From an uncultured Chloroflexia bacterium (GTDB lineage Bacteria > Chloroflexota > Dehalococcoidia > UBA2979), in contig CAVSIV010000006.1 in assembly GCA_963728205.1 (NCBI GenBank), positions 544,001 through 608,000 of the forward strand: a DNA stretch of 64,000 nucleotides, given 5' to 3'. How positions within the stretch are numbered: the first letter of the stretch is position 1; every line of letters starts with the position of its first letter. The position numbers were made by a program, and so were the translations under genes. The notes under the pieces are model-generated. The model saw only the letters and a list, made by a program, of their open reading frames with translations, did not search any database and was not told the origin of the DNA. Shown piece after piece: positions 9,873 through 19,952 of the stretch.

Positions 9873-10063
9873 CAACCGCCTCCCCCGGCGAGAGCCTAGC
9901 GTCGCCGCCGCATCCGCGCGTCCGCCGCCGAGCAGCGTCCTGCGCTGGCCGGCATCCTCGGTTCGACGCGGTCGGCGGCGCCGAGGTCGCGCTTCGCGTG
10001 CGTCATGGCTGCGGTAGCATCCGTCCGACACCCACGTCAGCACAGCGCGTTCGGGAGTGCGTC

Positions 10064-10525
10064 ATGCCCTACGCCGTGGACTTCACCACCGTCTCGACCG
10101 TCGGGCTGGAGTCGTCGCCGGTCGCGGCCGCGCTCGCCGGCCTGCGGGCGAACGAGGCTCGCTACTACAAGAACAAGTACGACCACGTCTTCACGGTGGA
10201 GCCCGCGAGCGACGCGAAGGCGACCGTCGACTGGGTGCACCGGATCCTCAAGGAGGAACGCAACCTCGTCATCTCGTCTCGCCCGCTCGAGGCCACGGCC
10301 TTCGAGGTCGAGCACATCCGCATGGCCTACGTCTTCTATGAGAGCGGACTGTCGATCAACGTGATGTACACCGTCGATGGCCCCGAGAAGCGAGCGGTCG
10401 GCTTCAAGCTCTCCGACGGGATGGAAGTCCCCGCCGAGCTCGCGCAGTTCAAGTTCGCGAGACAGAAGTCGAAGCTGGCCGGAACCATCCGCGGCTCCTA
10501 CTTCGTCATCAAGAACGAATACTGA
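10064..10525 (+). CDS. Conserved hypothetical protein (153 aa)
   Basis: GGGAG RBS; strongly biased codon usage; MPYAVDFTTVSTVGLESSPVAAALAGLRANEARYYKNKY...KRAVGFKLSDG. Confidence 0.8.
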   Translation: MPYAVDFTTVSTVGLESSPVAAALAGLRANEARYYKNKYDHVFTVEPASDAKATVDWVHRILKEERNLVISSRPLEATAFEVEHIRMAYVFYESGLSINVMYTVDGPEKRAVGFKLSDGMEVPAELAQFKFARQKSKLAGTIRGSYFVIKNEY

Positions 10526-10543
10526 CCCCGAGTACGCCGCAGC

Positions 10544-12088
10544 GTGCCACGCGCCTCCGACACCCCCGAGCTCGCGCCGGACGACGCCCTGCGCCGTCTC
10601 GCCGCGCTCGTCCGCGACGACCCCACGGCGGCGCCGTTCGCCGGCACGTGCCTCGTCGGCGGCGCCGTGCGCGACGCGCTGCTCGGGCGCGCCGTCGAGG
10701 AGGCGGACCTGGCGGTGCCGGGCGACGTCGAGGCCTTCGCGCGCCTCGCCGCCGGCGCGCTCGGCACGAACGTCGTCGCCATCGGCCGCGACCCGTGGCG
10801 GCTGTTCCGGCTGCCGCTCGCGCCCGGCCGCCAGGTCGACGTCGTCGCGATGCAGGGCGCGCGCGACGACGACCTCGCGCGGCGCGACTTCACCGTGAAC
10901 GCGCTCGCCGTGCCGCTCGCCGACCTGCCGGCAGGCGGGCTCGTCGCGCTGCGGCGCGACGCCGTCGTCGACCCGCACGGCGGGCTCGCCGATCTCGACG
11001 GCCGCGTGCTGCGCGCCGTCGCGCCGGGCGCGATCGACGCCGACCCCGTGCGCGCGATGCGCGGCGTGCGGCTCGCCTGCACGCTCGGGTTCGCGATCGC
11101 GCCGGCGACCGTCGACGCGATCCGCGCGGCCGCGCCGCGGCTGCGCGACGTCGCGGGCGAGCGCGTCGGCGCCGAGCTGCTGCGTGTGTTCGCGAGCGAC
11201 CGCGCCGCGCACGGCGTGCGGCTGATGGACGCGACGGGGCTGCTCGACGTGGTGTTCCCGTCGCTCGTCGCCGGCCGCGACCTCGACCAGCGGCCGGTCC
11301 ACCGCTACCCGGTGCTCGAGCACGAGATCGTCGCGGCGGAGTGGATGGACGTGCTGCTCGCGGCGGCAGCGCCGGCCGACGGCAACGGCGACGCGACCGA
11401 GCGGGCGCGCGCGTGGCACGGGTTCTGGGACGCGGGGTGGCCGGACACGCGATGGGGGCCGCTGCGGCCGCACCTCGCGCGGCATCGCGTCGCGCTGCGC
11501 ATCGCGACGCTGCTGCACGACGCCGGGAAGCCGGCGACGCGTTCGGTCGCGCCGGACGGGCGCACGCGCTTCCTCGGGCACCCCGAGGCCGGCGCGGCGA
11601 TGGCGCGGGAGGACCTCGCGCGCTGGCGGCTGCCGCACGCGCTGGTCGAGCGCGTCGCGCTGCTGATCGAGCAGCACCTGCGCCCCGGCCAGGTCGCGTC
11701 GCCCGGACGGGCGCCGACCGCGAAGGCGCTGCACCGCTTTCACCAGGCGCTCGGCGACGCGACGCCCGACGTCTGTCTGCTCTTCCTCGCCGACTCGCTC
11801 TCGACGGTGGGCGCCGACGTGCTGCTGCTGCGCTGGCCGGCGTACGTCGCACACGTGCGGCGGGTGATCGAATGGCGGCCGCCCGCGCCGCCCGACGGCC
11901 GCGCGCGGCTGGTCGACGGCCGCGACGTGATCGGAGCCACCGGCCTCGCTCCGGGCCCCGCCGTCGGCCGCGTGCTCGACGCGGTCGAGGAGGCCGCCGC
12001 CACCGGCGAGGTGCGCACGCGCGAGGAGGCGCTCGCGCTGGCGCGGGCGCTGGCGGCCGCCGAAGCCGGCTCGAGCGGCGGGCGGTAG
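10544..12088 (+). CDS. CCA-adding enzyme/poly(A) polymerase family with HD domain
   Basis: LVGGAVRDALLG..EADL, DDLARRDFTVNA, DPVRAMR, LLHDAGKP..FLGH. Confidence 0.9.
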   Translation: MPRASDTPELAPDDALRRLAALVRDDPTAAPFAGTCLVGGAVRDALLGRAVEEADLAVPGDVEAFARLAAGALGTNVVAIGRDPWRLFRLPLAPGRQVDVVAMQGARDDDLARRDFTVNALAVPLADLPAGGLVALRRDAVVDPHGGLADLDGRVLRAVAPGAIDADPVRAMRGVRLACTLGFAIAPATVDAIRAAAPRLRDVAGERVGAELLRVFASDRAAHGVRLMDATGLLDVVFPSLVAGRDLDQRPVHRYPVLEHEIVAAEWMDVLLAAAAPADGNGDATERARAWHGFWDAGWPDTRWGPLRPHLARHRVALRIATLLHDAGKPATRSVAPDGRTRFLGHPEAGAAMAREDLARWRLPHALVERVALLIEQHLRPGQVASPGRAPTAKALHRFHQALGDATPDVCLLFLADSLSTVGADVLLLRWPAYVAHVRRVIEWRPPAPPDGRARLVDGRDVIGATGLAPGPAVGRVLDAVEEAAATGEVRTREEALALARALAAAEAGSSGGR

Positions 12089-12311
12089 GGCGCCCGATCC
12101 CTCCGTCGCCCGGCGTGCGCACGGGGCCGCCACCGGGAGGCCACGTGGCCCGGAGCGCGCCGCGGCGTGTTCGCTCGGGGGTGTCGCCTCGTCACCGTCC
12201 CCGGCGACGGTGCGATCGGCACCCTGCCGGCTGCCGCTGGAATCCGGTTGCGTGGACGGCCGCTCGTACGCTCGATCCGAACGCACCCCTGTCGCCCGCG
12301 TTGGAACCGAC

Positions 12312-13382
12312 ATGAGCACGACACGCCCCACCCGCATTCGCTTCGCGATCCTCGCCGCCGCGGCCGCCGCGTTCGCCGCCGTCCTGCTGGCGGCGCCGGG
12401 CGGCCCGACGCCCGCACTGGCCGCCGCGAACGCGCTGACCGCGCCGCCGGTCGGCGGCCTCACGCAGGGCGTCGCCGGCACCACGGACCCCGCGGCGCTC
12501 GCCGCCGCGCAGGCGTTCCCCGTCGAGGCGATCTCGATGCTCGACGTCGCGACGCAGCAGTGGCTCATCTACGTGCCCGGCGCGCCGTCGCAGGTCGACA
12601 CGCTGGGGTCGAGCGCGCTCACCGTGAACAGCGTCGTGACGATCCGCCGCACCGGCGCGCCGCCGGCGCCGGGCACGCCCGCCGCGGCCCCGTCCGGCGT
12701 CGCGCCGAGCGGCGCCGGCAACGCCCTGTCCGCGCCGGCACCCGGCGGCCTCACCGTCGGCGTCGCCGGCACGAACGACCCCGCGACGCTCGCGGCCGCG
12801 CAGTCGTTCCCCGTGGAGACGGTGACGCTGCTCGACATCCCGTCGCAGGCGTGGCTCGTCTACGTGCCGGGTGCTCCGGCCTTCGCCAGCTCGCTGCGCA
12901 CCGGCATGCTGCAGGCCGGCTCGGTGGTGACGCTCCGCCGCGCGGGCGGGGCGGGCGCGACGCCGACGTCGACCCCCACCGCCACCACGCCGTCCGGCAT
13001 CGACGCCGCGGCCGAGACGGCGCTGGTCACCGACGTGAACCAGGCGCGCGCCGCGGCCGGGTTGCCCGCGCTGGTCGTCGACGCGACGATCCGCTCGGTC
13101 GCGCGCTCGCACTCGCTCGACATGGTGCAGAACGACTACTTCGCGCATGACAGCCTGGACGGCACCGACCCGTTCCAGCGCATGCGCAACGCCGGCGTGA
13201 CGTTCACCTACGCCGACGAGAACATCGCCGCCGGCAACACGGCCGACGAGGTGCACAGCGAGCTGATGAACTCGGCGCCGCACCGCGCGAACATCCTCGA
13301 CCCGCGCATGCGGCGCATCGGCATCGGCGTCGCGACCGGCGGGACGTACGGGCTCACGGTGACCGAGGACTTCGCGGACTAA
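12312..13382 (+). CDS. Secreted CAP/SCP-domain protein with two N-terminal repeats
   Basis: Signal peptide; two ~75-aa WLxYVPGAP repeats; CAP motifs VNQAR, ARSHSLDM, YFAH, ENIA, MNSAPHRANIL. Confidence 0.88.
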   Translation: MSTTRPTRIRFAILAAAAAAFAAVLLAAPGGPTPALAAANALTAPPVGGLTQGVAGTTDPAALAAAQAFPVEAISMLDVATQQWLIYVPGAPSQVDTLGSSALTVNSVVTIRRTGAPPAPGTPAAAPSGVAPSGAGNALSAPAPGGLTVGVAGTNDPATLAAAQSFPVETVTLLDIPSQAWLVYVPGAPAFASSLRTGMLQAGSVVTLRRAGGAGATPTSTPTATTPSGIDAAAETALVTDVNQARAAAGLPALVVDATIRSVARSHSLDMVQNDYFAHDSLDGTDPFQRMRNAGVTFTYADENIAAGNTADEVHSELMNSAPHRANILDPRMRRIGIGVATGGTYGLTVTEDFAD

Positions 13383-13591
13383 CGCCGCCCAGCGGCGGGC
13401 GGATGCGCGCCGATCCGCTGCGCGGGACGCCGGCGGTTGCGTCCCGCGGCGAGCGGGGGGCGTGGCGCCCCCCGCTTCACGAACACGGAACCCGTGACGT
13501 CCGCGCGGAACCCGTGACGTCCGCGCGCGTAGTCGGAGGGCGACACGCCCTCCGCTCGCCGCGGGATGCGGGCGGCGCGCCCGCGTCCCGC

Positions 13592-14758
13592 CTACACCAC
13601 CCCGGCGTCGTACAGCGCCGCCCGCTCCGCCGGGCCGTAGCCCAGCTCCGCGAGCACCTGGTCGTTGTGCTGGCCGGGATCGGGCGCGGCCGTGCGCACC
13701 GCGCCGGGCGTCCGCGATAGCCGGTACGGCGGCGCGAGCAGCTCCAGCTCGCCGAGCTCCGGGTGGACCACCTTCGCGGTCATCTCCATCGCACGCACCT
13801 GCTCGTGCGCGAACACCTCGTCGATCGCGAGGATCGGGCCGGCCGGCACGCCCGCCGCGTTCAGCGCGTCAATCAGGGCCTCCGACGTAAACGTCGCGAT
13901 GCGCTCGGCGAGGATCGGCGTCAGCGCGTCGCGATGCGCGATGCGGTCCGGCGGACTGGCGAAGCGCGGGTCGCGCGCCAGGTCCGGCGCTCCCAGCACC
14001 TCGCACAGGCTCACCCACATCGCCTGCGTCGTGGCCGCGACGTTGACGAGGCCGTCGACCGTCGCGAAGCAGCCCGTGGGCGTCGTCGTCGGGTGGTTGT
14101 TGCCGGCCTGCGGCGGCACCTCGTGGTCGACGAGCCAGCGCGTCGCCTGGAAGTCGAGCATGTGCACCATCGCCTGCAGGAGCGACGTCGACACGCGCTG
14201 GCCGCGCCCGGAGCGCTCGCGCTCGAGCAGCGCGACGAGGATGCCCTGCGCGAGGAACAGCCCCGCGGTGAGGTCGGCGACGGGGATGCCGGCGCGCATC
14301 GGCCCGCGGCCGGGCTCGCCGGTGATCGACATCAGCCCGCCCATGCCCTGCGCGATCTGGTCGTAGCCGGGGCGGTCGCGCAGCGGGCCGTCCTCGCCGA
14401 AGCCGGAGATGCTCGCGTAGATCAGCCGGGGATTCACCGCGCTCAGCGTCTCGTAGCCGAGCCCCAGCCGGTCCATCACGCCGGGGCGGAAGTTCTCGAC
14501 GAGCACGTCGGAGCGCTCGACGAGCCGCTTCAGGATCGCGACGCCGCGGTGATCCTTGAGGTTGAGCGTGAGCGAGCGCTTGTTGCGGTTGACGTTCTGG
14601 TAGTCGGAGCCCCGCGTCGCGAACGGCGGCGGGCCGTCGCTGCGCGCCGCGACCTGGACGACCTGCGCGCCCATGTCGGCCAGCTGGCGCACGGCCGTGG
14701 GCCCCGAGCGGACGCGCGCCATGTCGACGACGCGCACGTGCTCCAGCGGCAGGGGCAT
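13592..14758 (-). CDS. Family III CoA transferase (CaiB/BaiF)
   Basis: LADMGAQV, NRNKRSLTLNLK, DVLVENFRPG, ISGFG..GP..RPGYD. Confidence 0.94.
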   Translation of the reverse strand: MPLPLEHVRVVDMARVRSGPTAVRQLADMGAQVVQVAARSDGPPPFATRGSDYQNVNRNKRSLTLNLKDHRGVAILKRLVERSDVLVENFRPGVMDRLGLGYETLSAVNPRLIYASISGFGEDGPLRDRPGYDQIAQGMGGLMSITGEPGRGPMRAGIPVADLTAGLFLAQGILVALLERERSGRGQRVSTSLLQAMVHMLDFQATRWLVDHEVPPQAGNNHPTTTPTGCFATVDGLVNVAATTQAMWVSLCEVLGAPDLARDPRFASPPDRIAHRDALTPILAERIATFTSEALIDALNAAGVPAGPILAIDEVFAHEQVRAMEMTAKVVHPELGELELLAPPYRLSRTPGAVRTAAPDPGQHNDQVLAELGYGPAERAALYDAGVV

Positions 14759-15116
14759 GCCCCGCTCCCTTCCCGCGATGGCATCCCGTCATACGGGATG
14801 CGCGCTCGTCATGGGGCCTCGCCGGCACGACCTCCGCACCGGGTCGCAGGCGACCGCTCGCCAGCGTAGCGCCCGGCTCCGGCTCGGATGTCTGCCGAAT
14901 CCGCCCCACCGGACCGCGGCGACCTCGCACGGGCGCGCGTGAGGTCGCAGACGTAATGACGTTGTCACGTTTTTGCGCGGTCGTAGTCGCTTCCGCAGCC
15001 AGGCGGGGTCTAGCCTCCGCAGCAGTCCGGGCGGGGTGTGATGTCTCCTCGCAACAGAGGCACAGGAGGAGGCTGTAGGTGACTATGGACCAGAGAGAAT
15101 CGAGCGGGGGACAGAT

Positions 15117-16802
15117 ATGAGGCGAACGATCGCGATTCTTGTCGCTGCCGTTCTGACCCTCGCGATTGTGGTGCCTGCGTCTGCGCAGACACCGCTCACC
15201 GTGACGCTTCCGGCCGGCGCGCCGGGGACGATCACGGCGTACGTGAACGGCCAGGCATGCGGCAGCGCCACGACGTCCGCCACCGGCACGTCGCTGCTCA
15301 CGTTGAACGCGACGTGCATCACGCCGGGCGCCACCGTCTCGTTCAAGAACGCCAACGGGCTGAGTCTCGTCGGCACCGTCACGATCCCGGCCAGCGGCTC
15401 GGGCTCGCTGACGCTCACGAGCCTGAGCCTGGCGTCCCCGGTCACGATCACCATCCCGTCCGGGCCCACGGGCCAGATCACGGCGATGGTGAACGGGCAG
15501 GTCTGCGGCACCGTCAACGTGTCGTCGACCGCGACGACGTCGATCGAGCTGCCGGCGACGTGTGTCATCCCCAGTGCAACGGTGACCTTCACCGGCCCGG
15601 GCGGCGGGTCGCTGTCGGGCACGGTGACGATCCCGGCTTCCGGGAGCGGCACCCTGACGCTGGCGAACCTGAACTCGACGTCGCCGGTGAACATCACGCT
15701 GCCCGCGGGTAGCGGCACGATCACGGCGTACGTGAACGGCCAGGCCTGCGGCACTGCCACGCTGTCGGCCGGTTCGACCACGACCCTGTCGCTGCCGGCG
15801 ACCTGCGCGCTCGCAGGCCAGACGGTCAGCTTCACCAACGGGAGCGGCGTGAACCTCGTCAACACGGTCACGATCCCGGCTTCCGGGAGCGGCACCGTCT
15901 CGCTCACGAGCCTGACGACGGTCGCGCCGGTGACCATCACGCTGCCGGCCGGCTCCGGCACGATCACGGCGTACGTGAACGGTGTGTCCTGCGGCAGCGC
16001 GACGCTGTCCGCCGGCTCCACGACGACGCTCACGCTGATGTCGTCCTGCGCCAGCCAGGGCGGGACGATCACGTTCAAGACCGCCCAGGGCGCCACGCTC
16101 GGCACGACCCTCACGGTCCCGGCCGGTGGCGGCTCCCTGACGGTCTCGAGCCTGAATCCGAGCGTCGTGATCGCGATTCCGTCCGGTCCGTCCGGCACGG
16201 TCACCGTGCTGGTGAACGGCCAGATCTGCGGCGTGGTGACGGTGAACCCGGACATGCCGTCCGCGTTCCAGCTGCCTAACTCGTGTGCGATCGCCGGGGC
16301 GACGGTCACGTTCACGACGCCGACCAATGCGTCGCTGAAGCAGACCCTCACGATCCCGGCGGTCGGCGGCACGATCACGCTGCCGAACCTGGACCTCACG
16401 CAGCCGCTCAACCTCGTGCTGCCTGCCGGCAACGAGACGGTCACCGTCCTCGTCAACGGCCAGGTCTGCGCGACGCAGACGCTGTCGGCGACGAGCACGA
16501 CGACCATTGCGCTCCCGTCGACCTGCGTGGTCCCCGGCGCGGTCGTGACCTTCAGGGGCACGGCGGGCCCGATCGCGACGACGCTCGTCGTCCCGATCTC
16601 GGGCACGGGCACGCTGATCCTGACGTCGCTGGCCGGCGGTCCGCCGACGGCGACGCCGACGGTGCCCGGCCCGGCGGCCACCGGTAACGGCGGCCTCCTG
16701 GCGGCCGGCCAGGGCGGCTTCGACTGGATGGCGCTGGCGCTGGTCCTCGCGACCGTCGGTGCCACCGGCGGAGCGGCGCTCGTGATCCGCAAGCGCAGCT
16801 AG
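15117..16802 (+). CDS. Surface protein with six ~80-aa two-Cys beta repeats and a C-terminal sortase-type sorting signal
   Basis: Signal peptide ending ASA; 6 x (VNGxxC..C..TVxF..TIP); PAATG + hydrophobic helix + IRKRS tail. Confidence 0.85.
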   Translation: MRRTIAILVAAVLTLAIVVPASAQTPLTVTLPAGAPGTITAYVNGQACGSATTSATGTSLLTLNATCITPGATVSFKNANGLSLVGTVTIPASGSGSLTLTSLSLASPVTITIPSGPTGQITAMVNGQVCGTVNVSSTATTSIELPATCVIPSATVTFTGPGGGSLSGTVTIPASGSGTLTLANLNSTSPVNITLPAGSGTITAYVNGQACGTATLSAGSTTTLSLPATCALAGQTVSFTNGSGVNLVNTVTIPASGSGTVSLTSLTTVAPVTITLPAGSGTITAYVNGVSCGSATLSAGSTTTLTLMSSCASQGGTITFKTAQGATLGTTLTVPAGGGSLTVSSLNPSVVIAIPSGPSGTVTVLVNGQICGVVTVNPDMPSAFQLPNSCAIAGATVTFTTPTNASLKQTLTIPAVGGTITLPNLDLTQPLNLVLPAGNETVTVLVNGQVCATQTLSATSTTTIALPSTCVVPGAVVTFRGTAGPIATTLVVPISGTGTLILTSLAGGPPTATPTVPGPAATGNGGLLAAGQGGFDWMALALVLATVGATGGAALVIRKRS

Positions 16803-16919
16803 CGCTGCGGACTGCAGGGGCGCGTCCACCCCGGTGGGCGCGCCCCCTTCGCGCCGGCGCGCGGCTCACCCCGGTCGAGTCGCGCGCCGGCCATCCGATT
16901 GCCCCGAGGACACGGACTC

Positions 16920-17804
16920 ATGTCGACCTGGTGGAAGTACGCGACCGTCGCGGCACTGCTCGCGGTCGCCCTGGTCTCCGCGACCGTGCTGGTCTCGCAC
17001 GAGAGCACCCACAGCGGCACGCCGCTGGCGCGCTCGCTCACGGGCGCGCCGCACGGCTCGCAGGCAGCGGCCCCCGCCACCGGCGCCGCACGCGCCGACA
17101 GCGCCGGCAGCGCCGGCAGCGCCGCGAACGCGACCTCGGTCGCGGCCGGCCTGCTCGACGCGCCGACCGCCGTGGTCGGCGAGCTCGACGCGGGCGGCGA
17201 CGCGACTCCCGTCGCGAGCGCACACCCGGCGACGCGCGCCGCCGCGACCGCCGCCGCGCAGGCGGCCACCGCCGGCGCAACCGCGTCGGCATCGGCCGGC
17301 TCGCGCGGCGAGGCCACCAGTCGCGCGCCCGCCGCCGTCGCGTCGCACGACGAGCCGTCCGGCGCGATCGCGCGGCTGCTCGCGCCGGCAGCAGGCATCG
17401 ACGCCCCGGTCGTGCTCGGCGGCGTCGACGCGAACACGCACCTGATGGTCGCGCCACGCGGCCCGTGGGTCGTGGCGTGGTACGGCTACAGCGCGGTGCC
17501 GGGCCAGGGCGGCAACGCCGTCTTCGCCGGGCACGTCGACTACGTCAACGTCGGCGAGGCCGTGTTCTGGAACCTGCGCGACCTGCAGCCGGGCGACCGC
17601 ATCGCGGTGCAGCTGGCCGACGGCCGGACGCTCGACTACCGCGTGCAGTTCAATCGCGTGTACGGCGCGTCGTCCGGCCCGTGGACGACCCTCTTCAGCC
17701 CGTCCGCCGGCAACGACGTGATCACGCTCTACACGTGCGACGGCACGTTCCACGACGGCGAGTACTCGTCGCGGCGCGTCGTGCGGGCCGTGCGCGACGG
17801 CTGA
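16920..17804 (+). CDS. Class F sortase 1
   Basis: N-terminal TM; VAWY...PGQGGNAVFAGHVD...LxPGD...ITLYTC...RRVVRA (His/Cys/Arg triad). Confidence 0.9.
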   Translation: MSTWWKYATVAALLAVALVSATVLVSHESTHSGTPLARSLTGAPHGSQAAAPATGAARADSAGSAGSAANATSVAAGLLDAPTAVVGELDAGGDATPVASAHPATRAAATAAAQAATAGATASASAGSRGEATSRAPAAVASHDEPSGAIARLLAPAAGIDAPVVLGGVDANTHLMVAPRGPWVVAWYGYSAVPGQGGNAVFAGHVDYVNVGEAVFWNLRDLQPGDRIAVQLADGRTLDYRVQFNRVYGASSGPWTTLFSPSAGNDVITLYTCDGTFHDGEYSSRRVVRAVRDG

Positions 17805-18074
17805 TCGCTCCGCCCCCGCACCGCGCGCGGCGGGCGTCGCCATGCGGGCCGCAGCCCGCACGATCTCACGCGCACGTCACCGCACGCGCCCGGCGCCGCG
17901 CGGTGTCCTCCGCCGGGGCCCGTCACGAATTCGTGATAGGCATGGTTCCCCCGATGGATTCAGTCGAGTCGCCGGTGATACGACTCTGTAACCACAGGCG
18001 CGGTCGATGCTGGCCCTCGTGGCTCGCCTGCCCCGTCTAGCCGTCCGGAACTCGCACTGCTGCTGGGGACTGCC

Positions 18075-18923
18075 TTGATCCGCACTCGCCTCTCGGCCGC
18101 GCTTCGCGCGCGCGCCCCCTTCACCATCGCGTCCACCCTGCTCCTCGTTGCGCTCGGCCTGCTGGCGGCCTGCGGTCCGTCCAGCGGCGTCGCCGCGACC
18201 GGTGTCCCGGCCACCGCCACGCCGGAGGCCGTCGTCGTCGCCGCACCGGCGATCGCGGCACGCGGCGAGATCGACGGCGGCGCCGAGGCGCCCCCCACCG
18301 CGACCGGCGCGAGCGTGCGCGGCTCGCTCGCCCGCGTCGCCGCCCAGGATGCCGTCGAGCACATCGCCGCCATCGCGCAACAGCGCGAGCAGGCGCTCGC
18401 GCAGAAGGTGGTCACCGGCGACCCGCACTTCACGACGTACAGCGACGCCCACGACCTCGCGCCGTCCGACACACCAGACCCCGTCGTCGAACGCATCCAG
18501 ATGCCGGCGGCCGGCATCGACACGCGCGTCGTGACCGGCTGGATCAGCTCGCAGAAGAACGTCATGCTCGCGCCGCGCGGCCCCTGGCCGATCGCGTGGT
18601 ACGGCTACAGCGCCGTCCCCGGCCACGGCGGCAACGCGGTCTTCGCCGGCCACTACGACTACGTCAACGTCGGCTCGGCCGCGCTCGGCAACCTCTACAA
18701 GATGCAGCCTGGCGACACGATCCAGATCGTGATGACCGACGGCACGGTCCTCACCTACCGCGTCGCCTGGAATCGCACGTACTCGCGCAACGACGGTCCG
18801 TGGACGACGATCTTCAGCCCCCACGACGGCAACAACGTGATCACCGTCTACACGTGCTCCGGCAACTTCGTCGGCGGCGACTACAGCAACCGCCGCGTCG
18901 TGCGCGCCGTGCGCGTGGGGTAG
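18075..18923 (+). CDS. Class F sortase 2, probable lipoprotein
   Basis: Lipobox LLAAC; GNAVFAGHYD, ITVYTC, NRRVVRA; TTG start uncertain. Confidence 0.88.
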   Translation: MIRTRLSAALRARAPFTIASTLLLVALGLLAACGPSSGVAATGVPATATPEAVVVAAPAIAARGEIDGGAEAPPTATGASVRGSLARVAAQDAVEHIAAIAQQREQALAQKVVTGDPHFTTYSDAHDLAPSDTPDPVVERIQMPAAGIDTRVVTGWISSQKNVMLAPRGPWPIAWYGYSAVPGHGGNAVFAGHYDYVNVGSAALGNLYKMQPGDTIQIVMTDGTVLTYRVAWNRTYSRNDGPWTTIFSPHDGNNVITVYTCSGNFVGGDYSNRRVVRAVRVG

Positions 18924-19070
18924 GCGGAACGGGGGCGCACGGGTTGGCGGGCGACGCCGCTATCCCCTGCGCGCCACGAGTGATATCGAATGAGCGCCCG
19001 TTTCCGCGGGCGACATCGGCGGGGATGCAGCGCGTGACTGCGTGAGTCCGCGCCCGCCGGGGATCGCCGC

Positions 19071-19949
19071 ATGCGGAAGCAACTCGAGATCGTCCTGGTC
19101 GTGTTGATTGTGGTCGCGCTCGGCGCCGGGGTACTAGCGTCGCGCGGGCTCGTGCATGCGGGCGCGCACGAGCAGCGCGTGCTCGTCGAGCGGTCGGCCA
19201 CCGCCGCCCGCGCCGGCACGCCGGCGGAGGCGTCTGCGGCTGCGTCGGTCGTCTCCACCGGCGCCGAGATGGGCATCTCGATCGCACCGAGCGCGCGACG
19301 CCACGGCGGCGAGATCGACGCCGGCGGCGCGGCCACCGCTCCTCGCGCCGCGCTCACGGTCGCCTACGCGCGCGCGCTGATCGCGAGCGCGAGCGCCGCG
19401 GGGCCGAACGGCATCACCGGCGCCCAGGCCGGCGGCGGCGACGGTTACGTCACGAGCAACGCCGCCACCAATCCGCACGGCCTCGCGCCGTCCGACACGC
19501 CCAGCCCGATCGTCTCGCGCATCCGCGTCCCGGTCGCCGGCATCGACGCCGAGGTCGACACGGGCTACGTCGACCGCGGCACGAACGCCATGCTCGCCCC
19601 GCGCGGTCCGTGGGTCGTCGACTGGTACCCGTACAGCGCCGTCCCCGGCACGGGCGGCAACGCCGTGTTCGCCGGCCACGTCGACTACATCAACATCGGC
19701 GGCGCCGTGTTCTGGCACCTGCGCGACCTCGGCCCCGGCGACCACATCGAGATCACGCTCGCCGACGGCTCCGTGCTGACCTACGCGGTGGAGTACAACC
19801 GGCTCTACTCGGCGGCGTCGGGCCCGTGGAACGAGCTGTTCAACCCGGGCGCCGGCCACGACGTGCTGACCATCTACACCTGCGACGGCAACTTCGTGGG
19901 CGGCGACTACTCGAGCCGCCGCGTAGTGCGGGGCACTCGCGTGCGGTGA
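19071..19949 (+). CDS. Class F sortase 3
   Basis: N-terminal TM; GNAVFAGHVD, LTIYTC, SRRVVRG. Confidence 0.9.
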   Translation: MRKQLEIVLVVLIVVALGAGVLASRGLVHAGAHEQRVLVERSATAARAGTPAEASAAASVVSTGAEMGISIAPSARRHGGEIDAGGAATAPRAALTVAYARALIASASAAGPNGITGAQAGGGDGYVTSNAATNPHGLAPSDTPSPIVSRIRVPVAGIDAEVDTGYVDRGTNAMLAPRGPWVVDWYPYSAVPGTGGNAVFAGHVDYINIGGAVFWHLRDLGPGDHIEITLADGSVLTYAVEYNRLYSAASGPWNELFNPGAGHDVLTIYTCDGNFVGGDYSSRRVVRGTRVR

Positions 19950-19952
19950 TTT

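Noticed and set aside
10064-10525. Prophage remnant
   Set aside because: No integrase, capsid, terminase or other phage genes nearby.
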